From Lama glama (lineage: Eukaryota), in contig CM052832.1 of assembly GCA_028534125.1 (NCBI GenBank), positions 21,144,001 to 21,208,000 on the forward strand: a DNA stretch of 64,000 nt, read 5' to 3'. The translations under genes were made by a program, and so were the position numbers. The notes under the pieces were generated by a model that was given only the letters and a program-made list of their open reading frames with translations, was not told the origin of the DNA and made no database searches. Below are positions 13,590 through 27,079 of the stretch, piece after piece; the first letter of the stretch is position 1; each line of letters opens with the position of its first letter.

Positions 13590-13839
13590 CATGTTAATGG
13601 AACATGCTCTTGTAGCCTTATTTTTCACATTTTCAACTCTGGATATTTTGCAACTGCAAACTTCAGTGTCCCGTCAATTATTAGATGAGGTTACAAAAAA
13701 AATTTTTTTAAGCATGCAAGGCCTTTATCACACAAAACCAGTTGAAGACAAAAGCTGCGAACCAGATCTTAAATAAATCTATCAGAATGCCAGGGCCTTG
13801 CTTAATTCACCTTCATTATCAGAAAGATTTATAGGAAAT
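13590..13839 (-). ncRNA. Candidate 250-bp internal exon
   Basis: Pyrimidine-rich acceptor ttttcattcatttttactccag|A and donor CATG|GTGAGT; splice signals only. Confidence 0.4.
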
Positions 13840-14609
13840 CTGGAGTAAAAATGAATGAAAAGCCACAAAAGGGAAAGAGCTTATTCAAAAATGATATATT
13901 GTGTTTCACAAGAACATTTACATATGTGGTATTAAAATAAGCCCCTCCTATTCACAACATACACGATGTAAATTTAGCAAGTTAGCAGTAAGACTCTTTT
14001 AAAAAAACGAATGTGTATCACACATATAGACACGCACAAGTCAAAAGAATTAGGTAGAAGTCTCTAGAATTTAAAATATGGTTTTTCCATAAAAACAAAG
14101 AGGGGGTTTCTTTGACATCACAGGGTCCTCTCAGCCTATTATTTTTGCTAATGTAAATTTTCAGCCTTTCTGGTCACCCATTCTTGCTATGTGCCAGACC
14201 ACTAAGAACACACGATCCAGTGCGACCTACCTCCCAGTGTTCAAGCTGTTTTAATAATAAAACACAGGGTGGGGGTGGGCTGGTGGAGGTAGAAGGTGAA
14301 AGAAAAGAGCAGAAGGAGGAGAGGGAGGAAGAGGAAACAGAGCAGGAGGCAACAGAGGGAGAAGAGAAGGAGACAGGGGTGCTTTGTTCAAACTCAGAAG
14401 ATGGAGAGGTGGGCTAGAGGGTGAATCCCAACCAAAGGGGAGGAAGGTGAGAGGAAAGAAGCCCAGTGAGGCTGGCTCCTGGCGCAGATCAGTACTAAGG
14501 GAGGAGGCCGGCTTCAGGCCACGTTGGATGCTACCCTACAATTGATTCAGCCATTCGAGAGTCTGGGTGGCGGGTGAGCATTACCCATCACAACACGAAC
14601 AGCCAGCAC

Positions 14610-14790
14610 TGGTAATACACCTTTGTACGCCTGGCCGGTTTTGAAGTGCTTTGCGTATGTTCACTCATCTAAAACCCACAAGAACCCAAGAGGTAGGTAC
14701 CATAATTACGCTCATTTTACATAGCCCCTGGACACTCAGAGGCCAGGTAACCACCTAAGGCCACACAGCTCCTGAGGACTTTAAGATGTT
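14610..14790 (-). mobile_element. MIR SINE
   Basis: ggtaggtaccataattacgctcattttaca...ctcagaggccaggtaaccacctaaggccacacagct. Confidence 0.6.
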
Positions 14791-16776
14791 TCAACAGGGG
14801 CGGTCTGGAAGGGTGAGGTGAGTGGTTTTCAGTTTTACAATGAGAAAGCCTCGGCAGTGTCCCAGGGGCAGGAACCCACGTGAAAACATGATGAAGGCAG
14901 AATCAACTGACTGACTGAATAGACTTGAAGCGGGTGAGGGTGAGGGAGGGAGAGAGAGAGAAAGAAGTAACGGATGTCGAGAAGATGGGCCTATTCTCAC
15001 CAGAGAAATCAGCTCAGCCCATTTCTTGGGGCACCACTTCCACTTAAGGATTATTCTTTACTGGAAAAGGGGCATAATTGTGCCCCCTGTAAATAGAAAT
15101 AAACCCAGATTTGCATTTTAACTCAAACTGCACAAAGACAAGGCTCCCTGAAAGAATGCAGTCAGTGGCCCACGAGCTGAATTTTTCCCCTTCCTCCCCA
15201 ACTGTGTTCACCAGCCCAGAACCACCACCACCCCACCCTGGCCCCAGGATGCAGGCCGGCGGGAAGGCTGGAGGAAGGGGAAAGTCAGAACCCCCACACC
15301 TAGCCTCCCACTACCACTCCGGCCCAAACCACGAAGGAGAAAGTGCTTCCCACAATGGGCTCACCCACGGGTATTGCCAGGCTAGACGCAGCCACCGTCA
15401 GTCCCAAACGCGCGCAGCCCCTCCAAGCCAAGCACTCCCGAACCACACTCCTCCTCCGACTGAGAACACGTTCCCCAGACAGTTCCATGTCTTTTCAAGA
15501 GAGGCTCCCAGACAACTTTTCAAACACATGCTGTTATTTTTTCTAAATTTGAAATGCGTTAGTAAAAGGTAAGAACACCCTCCCCAGCTCCCCCCAAAAA
15601 GTGGTGTCCATTAGAGATCAACCAAGGCATTAAAACCATTTGACACAGAAACACAGGAAACTACCCTCCAGATTTCTTCCATTTGTCAAAAGACCAACTT
15701 GTGACTTCAAGTCCAGTCACTGTATGAGGACTGCCACACCAACATTTAGGTAGAAAATAACACAGAAAATTCTGGATGACTTTTATTGACAGTCAAACAC
15801 GTCTTTCCTGAGAGCCAAATGGAAATAAGACTCTGCTTCTAAAATCTCCTGGTATTCTTTCAAATGTAAGCTTAAAAGAAGCAACAAGGCAGAACAGAGT
15901 CAGGACCCAGCACTCTGAGAGATACAGCCATCCCGTGGGGGCAGGTGACTTCGCGCCCAAGGTTCAGGGTCTTCCTCTATAAAATGGTTACATGGCTGGG
16001 TGAGCCAAACTGAGACATGTAGGCAGGTGGAGTTGTGCTTCCATCAAAGCACTAATTCATCTGAAAGACCATCCTGTCTGGAGAATCTGAACTCCAACTA
16101 CTTTTTCCAGGCAGATTTTTTTCCAGCCATCACATTTCCAAAATGAAAATGTAACAGCTTGCAACCATGGCAATATACTTAAGATGTAATAATGGAAAAT
16201 GAGATGTTATTGATTGGAGAGGGAGGAGAAGTAACCACAATGGTGTCATCAAGTCAAAGAAAGAAAGAAAATTAACAGATGAATTCTTCAAGACGGAGAC
16301 TTGGTTGCCACCCACTACAGATGGCAGAGTTCCGAGCAGCAGTCCCCAGACAAAACAAGCTATACATTAAATATGTGAGGCAGTCCTCAAAAGGCTACTC
16401 CACATCCTTTCAATCATAAGAGAATCCCACATTCTAGAGTACATCACAGCTAGAAACTTGTGTACTGAATCCACGCTCTTCAGCAATAAAACACCCAACT
16501 GTGTCTTACAACTGTGTGTGAGTGTGATAGTTTCCTTTTAACTTCCATTGAAACAAGCAAAGTGTATAGTGGAGCCACACTTTTTTAAGATGCTTAAATA
16601 AAACAGCACTGCTTTAAAGGAGCAACTAATATTAAACATGGCATGCCATGTCCTCAAGGGGAAGGCATGCAAGTGTTACTAAATTATAAATGAAGTACCT
16701 TTCTCTTCTTTGACTTTGCATCCAAAGAAGGATGAAGACTTTAGAGACACCAGTAAAGTCATAGAAATAGGAAATG

Positions 16777-17279
16777 CAGTTGACCCTTGAACAATGCAGG
16801 GGTTAGTGGCACCAACCACTAACAGTCAAAATTTCAAGTATAACTTCTGACTCCCCCAAAACTTAACTACTAATAGCCTACCGTTGACTAGAAGCCTCAT
16901 CAATAACATAAATGGTTGATTAACACATATTTTGTATTTTATACGTGTTATGCAGTTATTCTTACAATAAAGTAAGCTAGAGAAAAGAACACCTTAAGAA
17001 AATCATAAAGAAGAGAAAATACATATACAGTACTGTATTGTATTTGTTGATACCATAAGTGTTTGTTGTCTGTTTACAAGATGAATCTTCTATCAGTACG
17101 TGTATCATTATTGTCTTACGAGACGCAAAACACTTTAGATGTTACATGTCTTATTAAGAGTAGACAAGAAAAATGAAATGATTAATGTGAAAGAGGAATT
17201 CATATTTACATATATTTACTGGAAAAAAAATCCATATATACGTGGACCCATGCAGTTTAAACCTGTGAAGGGTCAACTG
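16777..17279 (+). mobile_element. TcMar-Tigger MITE (Tigger2a-like)
   Basis: TIRs CAGTTGACCCTT (16777) and AAGGGTCAACTG (17268-17279); typical Tigger2 interior; 503 bp. Confidence 0.9.
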
Positions 17280-17347
17280 CACTCCCCTGGTGTTTTCTGC
17301 TAGTGATTCTTGCCATCTTATTAGTCTGTCAGAACACTCAACTCAGA

Positions 17348-17465
17348 GGGGGAGGGAATAGCTCAGTGGTAGAGTATGTGCTTAGCATGCATGAGGTCCT
17401 GGGTTCAATCCCCAGGATCCCCATTTAAATTAATAAATAAAAATAAGTAAACCTAATTACCTACC
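17348..17465 (+). mobile_element. tRNA-Ala-derived SINE (camelid vic-1-like)
   Basis: A box TAGCTCAGTGG, tRNA-Ala-like gcttagcatgcatgaggtcc, B box GGTTCAATCCC, A-rich tail. Confidence 0.85.
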
Positions 17466-18039
17466 CCTGCCTCCCACCACCAAAACAACCACTCCATTTA
17501 TCAACCTTTTGGCTATAGCTTGCATTAGAGAAACACAGTAAATTGAGATAATACCAAACTTTGAGTTCTTAACAAGAAAGCAATAACTTTAGGAGGTATG
17601 ATTACTGAAAAAGATCTCATTCCTTCTCAATGATTTGAAGAAAATTTAGATTTAAGTTTCAAGGTTTTCTTCCCAGAATAAAATAAGTATCTTCTTTTGA
17701 CACCAGGCTAGTATGTTTGCATCAATGAAAAATGACTGATAGTTCAATAGGGTCTCAAGAAAACCAAGATCTGTTGTTGTGGTTTGTTTTTTTTTTTTTT
17801 TCCCAAGTAAGCACTTCAGGAAGAAAGAGTGTGGTGGCCCAGACAAGTATGTATCCAAGCATTCAAGGAAGAAGCAGGACATGGTGGCAGGGACGGACTT
17901 TGTTTTAGAGAACTCTGAAATTCTGCTGTGTCAGGTCTTCCCCTCACTAAGAACAAAGCACGAAGGTCCCATCAGCGTATGTGGGAGCACAGGGCATGTA
18001 GGAGCAGGTGGCAACTTGTCTTGGACCCAGGAGCACTTG

Positions 18040-18200
18040 TTAGAGTCAGCGCGATCCAGGGCTAATCTTGATTCCATCCATGGGCCTTTGCACAGGTTAT
18101 CCATACCCTCGAAGCTGGAGTTTCCACATCCACAAAATCTTTCTCACAGAGTTGTTCTAAGCAATAACTGGAGTAAGCGCCTTGCACAGAGACTGGACAG
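18040..18200 (+). mobile_element. MIR SINE
   Basis: Degenerate MIR core and tail. Confidence 0.5.
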
Positions 18201-21200
18201 GAATATAAAGGGCTTTGCATAGAGATTGGCAAAAAAAAAAAAAACCAAGTAATTCATAAATTTAGTGTCATCTCATAAGCTTACTTCCCTTGGAGAAGAA
18301 GTGAATTTAGTGAACACCCTCAGGGATGGGTGGCTGCCTTATTCATAACCACTGCCCCCAAGCCCAAGAGAGTGCCTAACATAAAATTGGACAGGGAGGG
18401 GCAACCAGTGTTCACAGAATTGTGAATTAATGTTTCCCAAAGTTCCTGTCTCCAATTTTTCCATGATCAGATCTATTTTGTTGAGCAAATTTATTTCAGG
18501 TAGAACGGTTGAAAAGGTAAGCCCAAAGATGGCTAAGGAACTGTGACAGCAGGTTTCCAGTTGTCTTCCTGAAGGAGCACTTCCTCTCTTTACTATGTTT
18601 CCAGGCTGGAAATATTTCCTATGCCACCATCTTGGGTTACAAATGTGTGGGTGAGCGATGCATTGGAAAAGGAGATTGAGTTAACTGATGCCAATACCAA
18701 CACAGACAAATTTAGTGTGCAAAATTACAGACTACCATAATTTTTAAATACAGAAAAGAGTTTCTGGTGCCAGTGAGTAGTTTTAGGCTAGGAGGGAGTC
18801 CAGAAGCACATTTCTATCTTTGTCTAACCTAGACATGCGCAGGGCTGGCCTTCTGGTTACCCGGCAGGAATCCACTCTACCAGCAGCTTCCGAAGGCACT
18901 CTGAAACTCATTTAAGCACAGAAAGAACATGTCAACCAAGGCAACGGTTCCAGTCTGTTTTCAGTAAGACACACTCTTTCCTGGTGGTAAGCTTCATTCT
19001 GGAAAGAGAACTGTCCCTCACTGGAGAGGGACAGTTCTTCACACTCTTCTAGTGAAACATATACTGCAAATACTGCCCCAAAGACCCATCAGGCATTCAC
19101 TCAACAACTAGGTATTAAGCACCTAGTACTCAACAGCTATGTTTTAGAAAATGGGGTCCTACCATACACAAAAAGACACCTGCCTCGCCTCACCTTCCCA
19201 CCCTTGACTCAGTCCATTTTCAACAAAGATGGCTTTTCCTTAAATGAACCCCTCCATCATTCACAAACCTGACCTCGCCATATTAGACTATGTAATGTGC
19301 AGTTTGTCAAAGAACAAAAGACCCCCTTCTGTCCACTGAAATTTAGTCTGGAACTCTGTGAAGAGAAGCTCACTTCTGGGACCTCGCATGGAGCTACATG
19401 ACCTCCCAGGGCAGCCTCAACACTCATGGAGGCATCTCCCCGCAAGAGAGTTCCCCATCCACCTTACCAACCGGGGGTTGCTTTTCAGCCCCAAAGTTTG
19501 CCTTTCCTTGTTCTCTTTAACCTCTGCCCTTCTTTCCCTGGTGCCAATTGACAAAAATGTCTTCTTTGTGCCATCTGCACATTCCCAGGTTCTTATCAGT
19601 GGGGGAAATTAACAGGACAGATGAGCAAAGGGTTCAGGAGCTTGGATTGGAGAGATGGTTCTTTAATTTTCTTCTCTCATTCAAACTAGCATTTGAGAGT
19701 CGATTTAATTCATTTGGCCACAGCAATCTGTGCCTTAATGGGAGGCATTGTTTCAGAGACAAGGCAGAGGTAGACGGATACAGACTGTTTTCTTAAATAG
19801 TTTATAACATGGTTGCAGAGACAGCATACAGTTGTGCTCTAAGAACATGTACCTCTTGCACCAAAGTAGCTGGTCCATTTTACTTTCTTAAAGGTGGATC
19901 ATATTCCCGTCAACCTAGAAGACTGGAAAATACGCCTTGAGCTTCACCACCCTTTGGCTCCAGATCGTGGAACCCTTGTTCTGTATTAAGTCTGCAAACC
20001 TTGTAGATGCTTCCTGCCCAAGGGCGCCCAGAATTGCACTTCAGGGTAAGACACCTTCCTCAGGAGACCTCTGTGCATACGAGTCCACGTATCCGCCGTG
20101 GCGGCGCTCAATTTGCAGTGCTCGTCCTAATTATTGTGGCTATTTCTCTCTCCCCAGACTTCCACCCCAAGAAGTTGCAAACCACACAGTACTTCTAAAA
20201 AGGGCATTGCTGCCTTATGCCAGGTTACTGGTAGCTAAAAGGAGGCAGCTAAAGGAAGGAGAAAAGAACCACACCATGCACTTATGAAGTGAGCAATTTG
20301 CAAACGAAACCAGAAAGAACCCTGTAGCAATCTAAGCAGGAAAGAGGAGATGGGAAGGGACATAAAAGGTGCCTTGGGGTCAACAGGAAACCCTGCCCAG
20401 AAAATAAAATGTCTTAAGTGACATTTCAGGACTCATATTCTCCTTTCAGTTTTCTCTGTTCTCTCTTGCCAAAAAGGGATCCACCTCCTTGAGGGCCTTT
20501 GATGGAACAGATGTTGCTTTTGTTTTCAGCCAGCAGATGCAACACAGAAAAACATGTGGCTAGTCATAGATACTGAAAAAAAGGGAAGAAATAATCCCCA
20601 GGTTGACATCACATGCATCATTTTTTTTGCAGATAAGTACACATGAACAGGTTTTCCAATATCTCAGGCTAGGGATTCAGATAAATCGAAAAATACAAAT
20701 GCAGAAAATGTCCTATACTATATTCTCATAAAATGCAAATTTTCTTACCAAAAATATCAGTAATAAAGAGTCCTTAAAAATCAATTCCAGAAGTACAACA
20801 ATGTCAATTTCAAAGAAAATTGTTTTTATGTAATATCCCCTTTTTACATACAAGTTTGGTCCTGAGTCCTACAAATAATCCCTTATGCGCTGAACCGGTT
20901 AGAGAATTTATCTCAGTCTCCAAACTTAATTCTTGCCCCCATAGGATTATAGCCACTTAATAAGTAGAATTTAAACATTGACAGAAACAGGCTATTCTAG
21001 GATTGCTTGCATGGCATTTTAGTAAATGTGATTTTGCAAGCCCCAAACAAGCTGTTCGGTGTTTTGAGTGCCACTGGAAGGCAGTCTTATGCCCCACATA
21101 ACCCTGTACCTCACTGGGGTGAACTTCGGTGAATGACCGACTGGGGGGTCTGTACCCCTTTTAATTTTCCCTCCTGTACCACTGCAGATGACGCCCCTAT

Positions 21201-22589
21201 AGCATTTGTGGTTTGCTGATGGGAGTGATTTTATCCACCCTAAGTCAATTTTCATTCCCAGTTCCATTCTTCCTTAGAACTACCCCTATATTAGTCTTTC
21301 ATTATAAAATAATGCCCTGCTTTCAGACACTCGCTCTATTTTGGTACATCCTTTTAAAGTAAAATGCGTGCCATTAAAACACATTTGTTCCATTGAGTCA
21401 GATTTTTAGACTCATTATGATGCTCTTTGTTGACACAATAGCTCCTTCAGATACACAACAATCTGTCATAAAAGACCCATACTTGGATGGGTGACAAAAG
21501 TCTTTTGCAAAGGCTGTCTTCTCAATGCAGTTGCTGTCAAAGACATATATTAATATCGTCCCAGTTAAAGAGTATTTAGTCTACAGAGTGCAGGTCATTT
21601 AAATAGAAAATGACTTCATGAGCTATTACTGCAAATTCAGTTGCTTCTGAGAACCCAGCATTATTACATGTTCAGTGGCAGAAATGAAGAGCAACGAATA
21701 GAAGTTTGTAATAGTCAGCACCCCGCCAGGAACACATTCTCTGCCCAACTGGTCTGTGGCATGGATTACCAGCCATCAGTTTTCCATTCTTTTCCATAAT
21801 CAATAAGCATTTCAGATCTCAACTTCAGTGAACTCTTTTTTTATATCAGCAGGAAAAAAAAAAAAACAGCCTATGTGAAAATGTTACCAGGTTCAAAATA
21901 TTCAAGTTGGGTCATCTGTTATAAAAATAAACCTGAAAATAAAAATGTGTTCTCCCCCTCAGAAGTGTTAAAACTAGCATCCAAAATAGAGGGGTGACAG
22001 ATCCTTCAGAATGAAGTCATGCTTTATTCTTAGTCACGCTTGATAGACTTAGGACTCAGAGTTAATATTCTGAGCAATGAAAACGCAAAATTGAGCTTCT
22101 AGTGGGTAAATAGAAAGAGGAGGAAACACAGAATATATTTTAAATTTTTATTTCTGTAGCATTTTATTTGCTATGCTACCATTTCAGTTCTGGTTTCCCT
22201 CTCTCTAGAATATAAATTGCAAGGCTGAAATATTTTGAGGGGCTATTATATATTTAGAAATATAGAGCTAGAGAGAACCTTAGAGAAAAACAAAGTCCAG
22301 AAATGTTAAGTGATTTGTTTAAGATCACACAGCCACGTGATGACAAAGCAGAGACCAGAATTTAATGTTTCCATATACCTAATCCAGAGATCTCCACATT
22401 ACATAATCCCATTTCCTGTCTTGAAAGACAATATACAACAACAGATGGTCAGAATCATCCTTAAAAAGATGAAACAGAAAACTAAAAGTATCATGAAAAT
22501 AGTATGTATGCTTTGACCTAGGGGTTAGATCAGATTTGAAAGTGAGCCCCAAAATAGAAGGTAAATTATATCTCAGTAAAATTGTTACA

Positions 22590-24150
22590 TTTTTGTGACC
22601 ATAATCACAATAACATCACCAAGTATAAATATCTAGGCATTAACAAGAAAGATGCAGGGCCTATACAAAACTTTGTCTGAGACACAGAAAAGAACACTGT
22701 CGAAGGGTAAAAGATAATCCATTATTGGATGAGAAGAAAATGAATAATGTAAAAATATCAAATCTCTCCTAAATAAGTCTAAAGTCATCCCACTGGCTAC
22801 AAGAAAATTCTTGGTGAACCTTAATACAATGATAAAGGCAACTGGAAGATTAAAAGGGTGGAGAGAGGGAAGGAAGCCAAGACATTTCTTTTTAATAAAA
22901 TAAAACAAAATTTTAAAAAGACAGATATTGATACTATACATTAAAACAATCTGCACAGTTGCAATGCTTAAAATACTGTAATACTGGCATAAGATTAGGT
23001 AGCATGGTATGGAAAGCCTATGTATAAAAAACTTTAATATATGAGAGAGGTAGTAATTCAAACCAGAGAGAGAAGATTTGTTCAATTTCTGGGATAATTG
23101 GTCACTACTAGAAAAACAACATTAGATCCCTATTCTAAACAATATAGCAAAATTAGGTCATTGTGAATTAAAGAGTCAAATATAAAAGAAGTGAAAAAAT
23201 AGGAAAAACAAAAAGCAAATATAACAATTTTAAAATGGCAAAGGATTTTATAATACCAAGGAGAGAATCCATGAACAAAAAGATTAATCAATCTGAATAT
23301 ATAAAAATATGTAATGTCTATACCAAAAAATTCCTTATGCTGAATTTAAAAACACACAGGGAAAATTGTTACAACGTGACTGGCAAAGTGATACTGTCCT
23401 TAATATATAAAGAGTATGCATAATCAATAATAAAAGAGAACACAGAGATAGAAAAACATACAAAGGACATGTCTGGCAATTGAAAGACTAATGCAGTGAT
23501 AAATAGTAAAAAATGTTCAAGCTCAATGGGAATCAGAGAAATGCGAATCAAAGCATTTTAATACCATTTTCATCAACAAACTAGTTAAAAAATTATAGAA
23601 AATTGATCAGAGTTAATGAAGGCATAGGAAATAATAAACATTCTCATGTACAGCTATGGGAGTGCAAATCAGTGTCAACACTTTGAAGGGCTATGTATTA
23701 ACTGCTTAAGAGTACACGCTCGTTGACCCAGCTATTCAATTACAAGAATTTACTCTAAGGAAATGATCAGAGTGTACACAAAGATATATCTATAAGGCTA
23801 TTCATTAGCACATCCTTTACATAGTGAAAAATTTAAAAAAACAAAAAACAAAACCCTTAAATGTTCAATAAAAAGAAACTATTTAAATAAATTTTGTCAT
23901 TAATGTCTAGACAATATAGTACTAAACGGCCACTAAAATGAGTTTATAAAAGAATCCCTAATGCCTTGGGAAAATGTTCACAACAGTCTGTTAGAAAAAG
24001 AACCAAAGAACTTACCATACAATCAAATAATTTTATGATTAAAATTATACTTCATATGTATATATCATTAATGAGACTGGGCACCCAAAAATATTAACAT
24101 TAGCTCTGTCCAGGGTGAGGGGATTATCACTATTAATTGTCTTTGTTGGG
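22590..24150 (+). mobile_element. Ancient L1 (L1M) ORF2 3' part and 3'UTR
   Basis: A-rich with L1 motifs aaatatctaggcattaac, aatactggcataag, atcagagaaatgcgaatcaaa, ttgacccagctattc. Confidence 0.75.
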
Positions 24151-24379
24151 TTTCTCCTAAACAGCCAAATTTCCCACAATTAACAGTATTAATTTTCTAA
24201 AAGACTAATCATTCTAATAGGCACTAAAATATACTAATATATCAAGATAATAAAACTAAAATATTTTAATACTTTAATATATTAAAATATGAACAGCTGA
24301 TAAAATTTCAACTTGAACATACTGAGAATTTGGCGGGGTGAGGAGAAAAATCAAACCCAAAGTCATCTTTTTTTTCACC

Positions 24380-25380
24380 TATAACTTTTCAAAACTTTTT
24401 ATAATGGAAAATGCTAAGCATAAATAAAAGTGGATGGTGAGGGGTATATAGCTCAGCGGTAGGTAGAGGGTGTACTTGAAGTGTACAAGGTCCTGGGTTC
24501 AATCCTCAGTGCCTCTGTTAAGGGGGAAAAAAAACTAAATCAAGTTCCCCTTGACCCTCACCCAGCTCCAACATTCATCCACTTTTACTCCTCATTGGAA
24601 GCCAGTCTCAGACATCACATCATTCCTTTCATAAATATTTCAGTACCTCTAAAGAGATAAGGATTCCTTCTGTTGCTATTCTTTAAACACAATCAAATAG
24701 CACTATTATACAAGAATAACTCACAATAATCCCTGAATATCACCAAATATCCAGCCAGTGTTCAAGTTCTCCCAATTGTCTCATAGATGTTTTGTTTTAT
24801 TTTACAGTAGCATGTTCAAATCGGAATCCAAACATTTATATCAATTGTAATATATTATACATTTATATCAATCTTCTAATCTACAGGTTCCCCCATCTCT
24901 CTTTCTTTCTCCTTGCAATGTCTTCGTTGAAATAATGAAGGTCGTTTGTGCTGTAGTGTCTCCCAGTATCCGGATTTTACTTATGGCATCCCGTGGTGAT
25001 GTGGGTAGCATACTCCTCTGCCCATCACATTTCCTGAAAATATGCTCGTCAGATCTAGAAGCCTGGTCAGATTTAGGTTTGATTGTTTTAACAAGTCTAC
25101 CAAATGGTGGTGTTATATACTTCCAGGAAGAGCTCCTTTTGCAGTGTTCACAGCTGTTGATAATGATTGCCTAAACATACAATGCATTAAGGACTGCGAA
25201 AGGGTGGTAGCCTCTCTCTCCTTTTCAGGTATTAGCTGGAACACTATAGAGAAACTTCTCTTCGTGTGCTAATTGCTTTGAAATATAAATTGTACTCACA
25301 GTGAATTGAATATTTGATTCTTTATTTACATTTGCAAAATAATGAGCTAGTTCCTCGAACAGTGCAAATCTGATCACAGC
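24380..25380 (-). mobile_element. Old L1 3'UTR (L1MC-like), interrupted by a SINE
   Basis: ttttataatggaaaat...cacccagctccaaca...cagacatcacatcatt...ataaatatttcagta pattern typical of antisense L1MC. Confidence 0.6.
24436..24535 (+). mobile_element. tRNA-derived SINE (vic-1-like), more diverged copy
   Basis: tagctcagcggta...aaggtcctgggttcaatcctcag, A tail. Confidence 0.75.
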
Positions 25381-25529
25381 ACTCCTATACCTTCCTGGAC
25401 AACCTTCAAAAGGCAAACCATTGCTCTTGAAGAACAGCAACTTCCATGAATCCTGCTGGGCCAGGAACAGTCTAACCTGTCTCCCCGGGTTTCTCTTTTC
25501 TGGAAATCCATGGTCCAACACACAGACAG

Positions 25530-25925
25530 TCCTTCCCACCACAGAGCCTTTGCACAAGCCATTCCCCAGCCTGAGATGCTTTCCCATCTGCCCCACCTCC
25601 TGCCTCTACTTAATTCCTGTTCATCCTTCAGATGCCAAGTGCCACTTTCTCTGGAAGGCCTTTCCAGCCTCCAAATCTGGATCAGGCTTATTTTCACAGG
25701 CTCCTTTGCTTTGAAGCACTCCTCGCAATCTGTAACTAAACACCACTTTGTGTGATTAGTTAATGATTGTCTGCTCCTCACCCCATAACTCTAAGCCTAT
25801 GGGGCAGTTGGCATATCTATTTGGGGCCATACCTATCCAGCCCCAGTGCCTGGTACTGTGCCTGGTACATTATAGCTTCTCGGTAATTACATGTGGCAAG
25901 GAAGAACGAATGAGTGAGTAAATAA
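25530..25925 (+). mobile_element. L2 3' fragment
   Basis: gcctttgcacaagccattcccc...ccagtgcctggtactgtgcctggtacat...gaatgagtgagt. Confidence 0.7.
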
Positions 25926-26838
25926 GTTAAGGTTCTCACGTTATTTGCTTATCCTCACTTCATTCGACCAGCATCTTGCCAGGTGCCAGGAATTCTGAGT
26001 CGATCATAATCTAATCCAGGACGTGGACAAGTAAACAGACAAGTCCACGACAGTGTTTATGGTTTATACACACAGGGGGGTGTGCACAGAGTGATAGCTA
26101 AGCACCTGGGCAGATGTGAGAAGATACATTTAAATTAAAGCAGTATTCTCTGCTGGATAAGAGGCAGTATTAAATTGCCTTTTTAACACAGCTGGATCCA
26201 GCTGAATGAGGACAGAGGGACCAGAATGATTTTTTAAAACAGACATTTCGTTCAACTCATTAAGACCAGTTTCTCTTACTATAACTCAAAGGTTTAAAGC
26301 ATGTATCTGCACCATGAGTTCTCTGAAGCTGTTGATGATAGAATTCTCTGGCCATAAATACACAACACAGTTTAAGATCTTGAGACAAATGGAGTGCCAA
26401 AAGGGATTTTTTTTTAACTACTGCCTTCACAAAGCTAAAGGAAAACATACAATGAATTCTCCCAGTGATTTGGGCCAAATATAATTGCTAAGTCACCATT
26501 TGTAGCATAAAATATATCATAAATCATCAACACAAGCTACTGGATGTAACAAACCATTTCACTAGCATAGATATTCTTCTTGCAGAAATCTAGCTCCACT
26601 GGAATTTACAGTTGCAATTACAGAACTATGATTGAGTCAGGTGAAACAGTTCTTCTATAATCTGTTTTCTCCCACCATACTTAAGACCTTAAGGGTAGTG
26701 AAGCTCCATGTATCTTTATACCCCCAGTGTTTATCACACCACCAGCATAAAGTAACAGCTCAGCAGTGACAGAATAAACGAACAAGTAATTTCAGATAAG
26801 AAAGCTTTAAATAATACAGAAGAGATGATAGCTATAAA

Positions 26839-26952
26839 TAGGGTGACCATAAACTTATTGTCCAAATTGGGACACTTCTAGAGAGTGAATGAGGATTCTC
26901 TTTAAAAGTATATACCTAGACTGCCCCCAAGCAAACCAGCTGCTTCACCCTA
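26839..26952. mobile_element. hAT-Blackjack MITE (MER81-like)
   Basis: TIRs TAGGGTGA...TCACCCTA, 114 bp; 8-bp TSD gctataaa/gcaataag. Confidence 0.75.
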
Positions 26953-27079
26953 GCAATAAGGAACCAAAATGTGCAAAAAGATCAATCCATTATTCGCCTG
27001 CATAAGACTTAGAAAACTTCTGGGAAATAAGAGGGAAGGTTTGCTGGCCACGATTACTTTAAACTGCTTCATAAATGAA

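Noticed and set aside
14290..14375. Glu-rich ORF 14184-14417
   Set aside because: Translation of a GA-rich low-complexity tract
17352..17425. tRNA-Ala gene
   Set aside because: Diverged stems, A-rich SINE tail and a second related copy at 24436 indicate a tRNA-derived SINE
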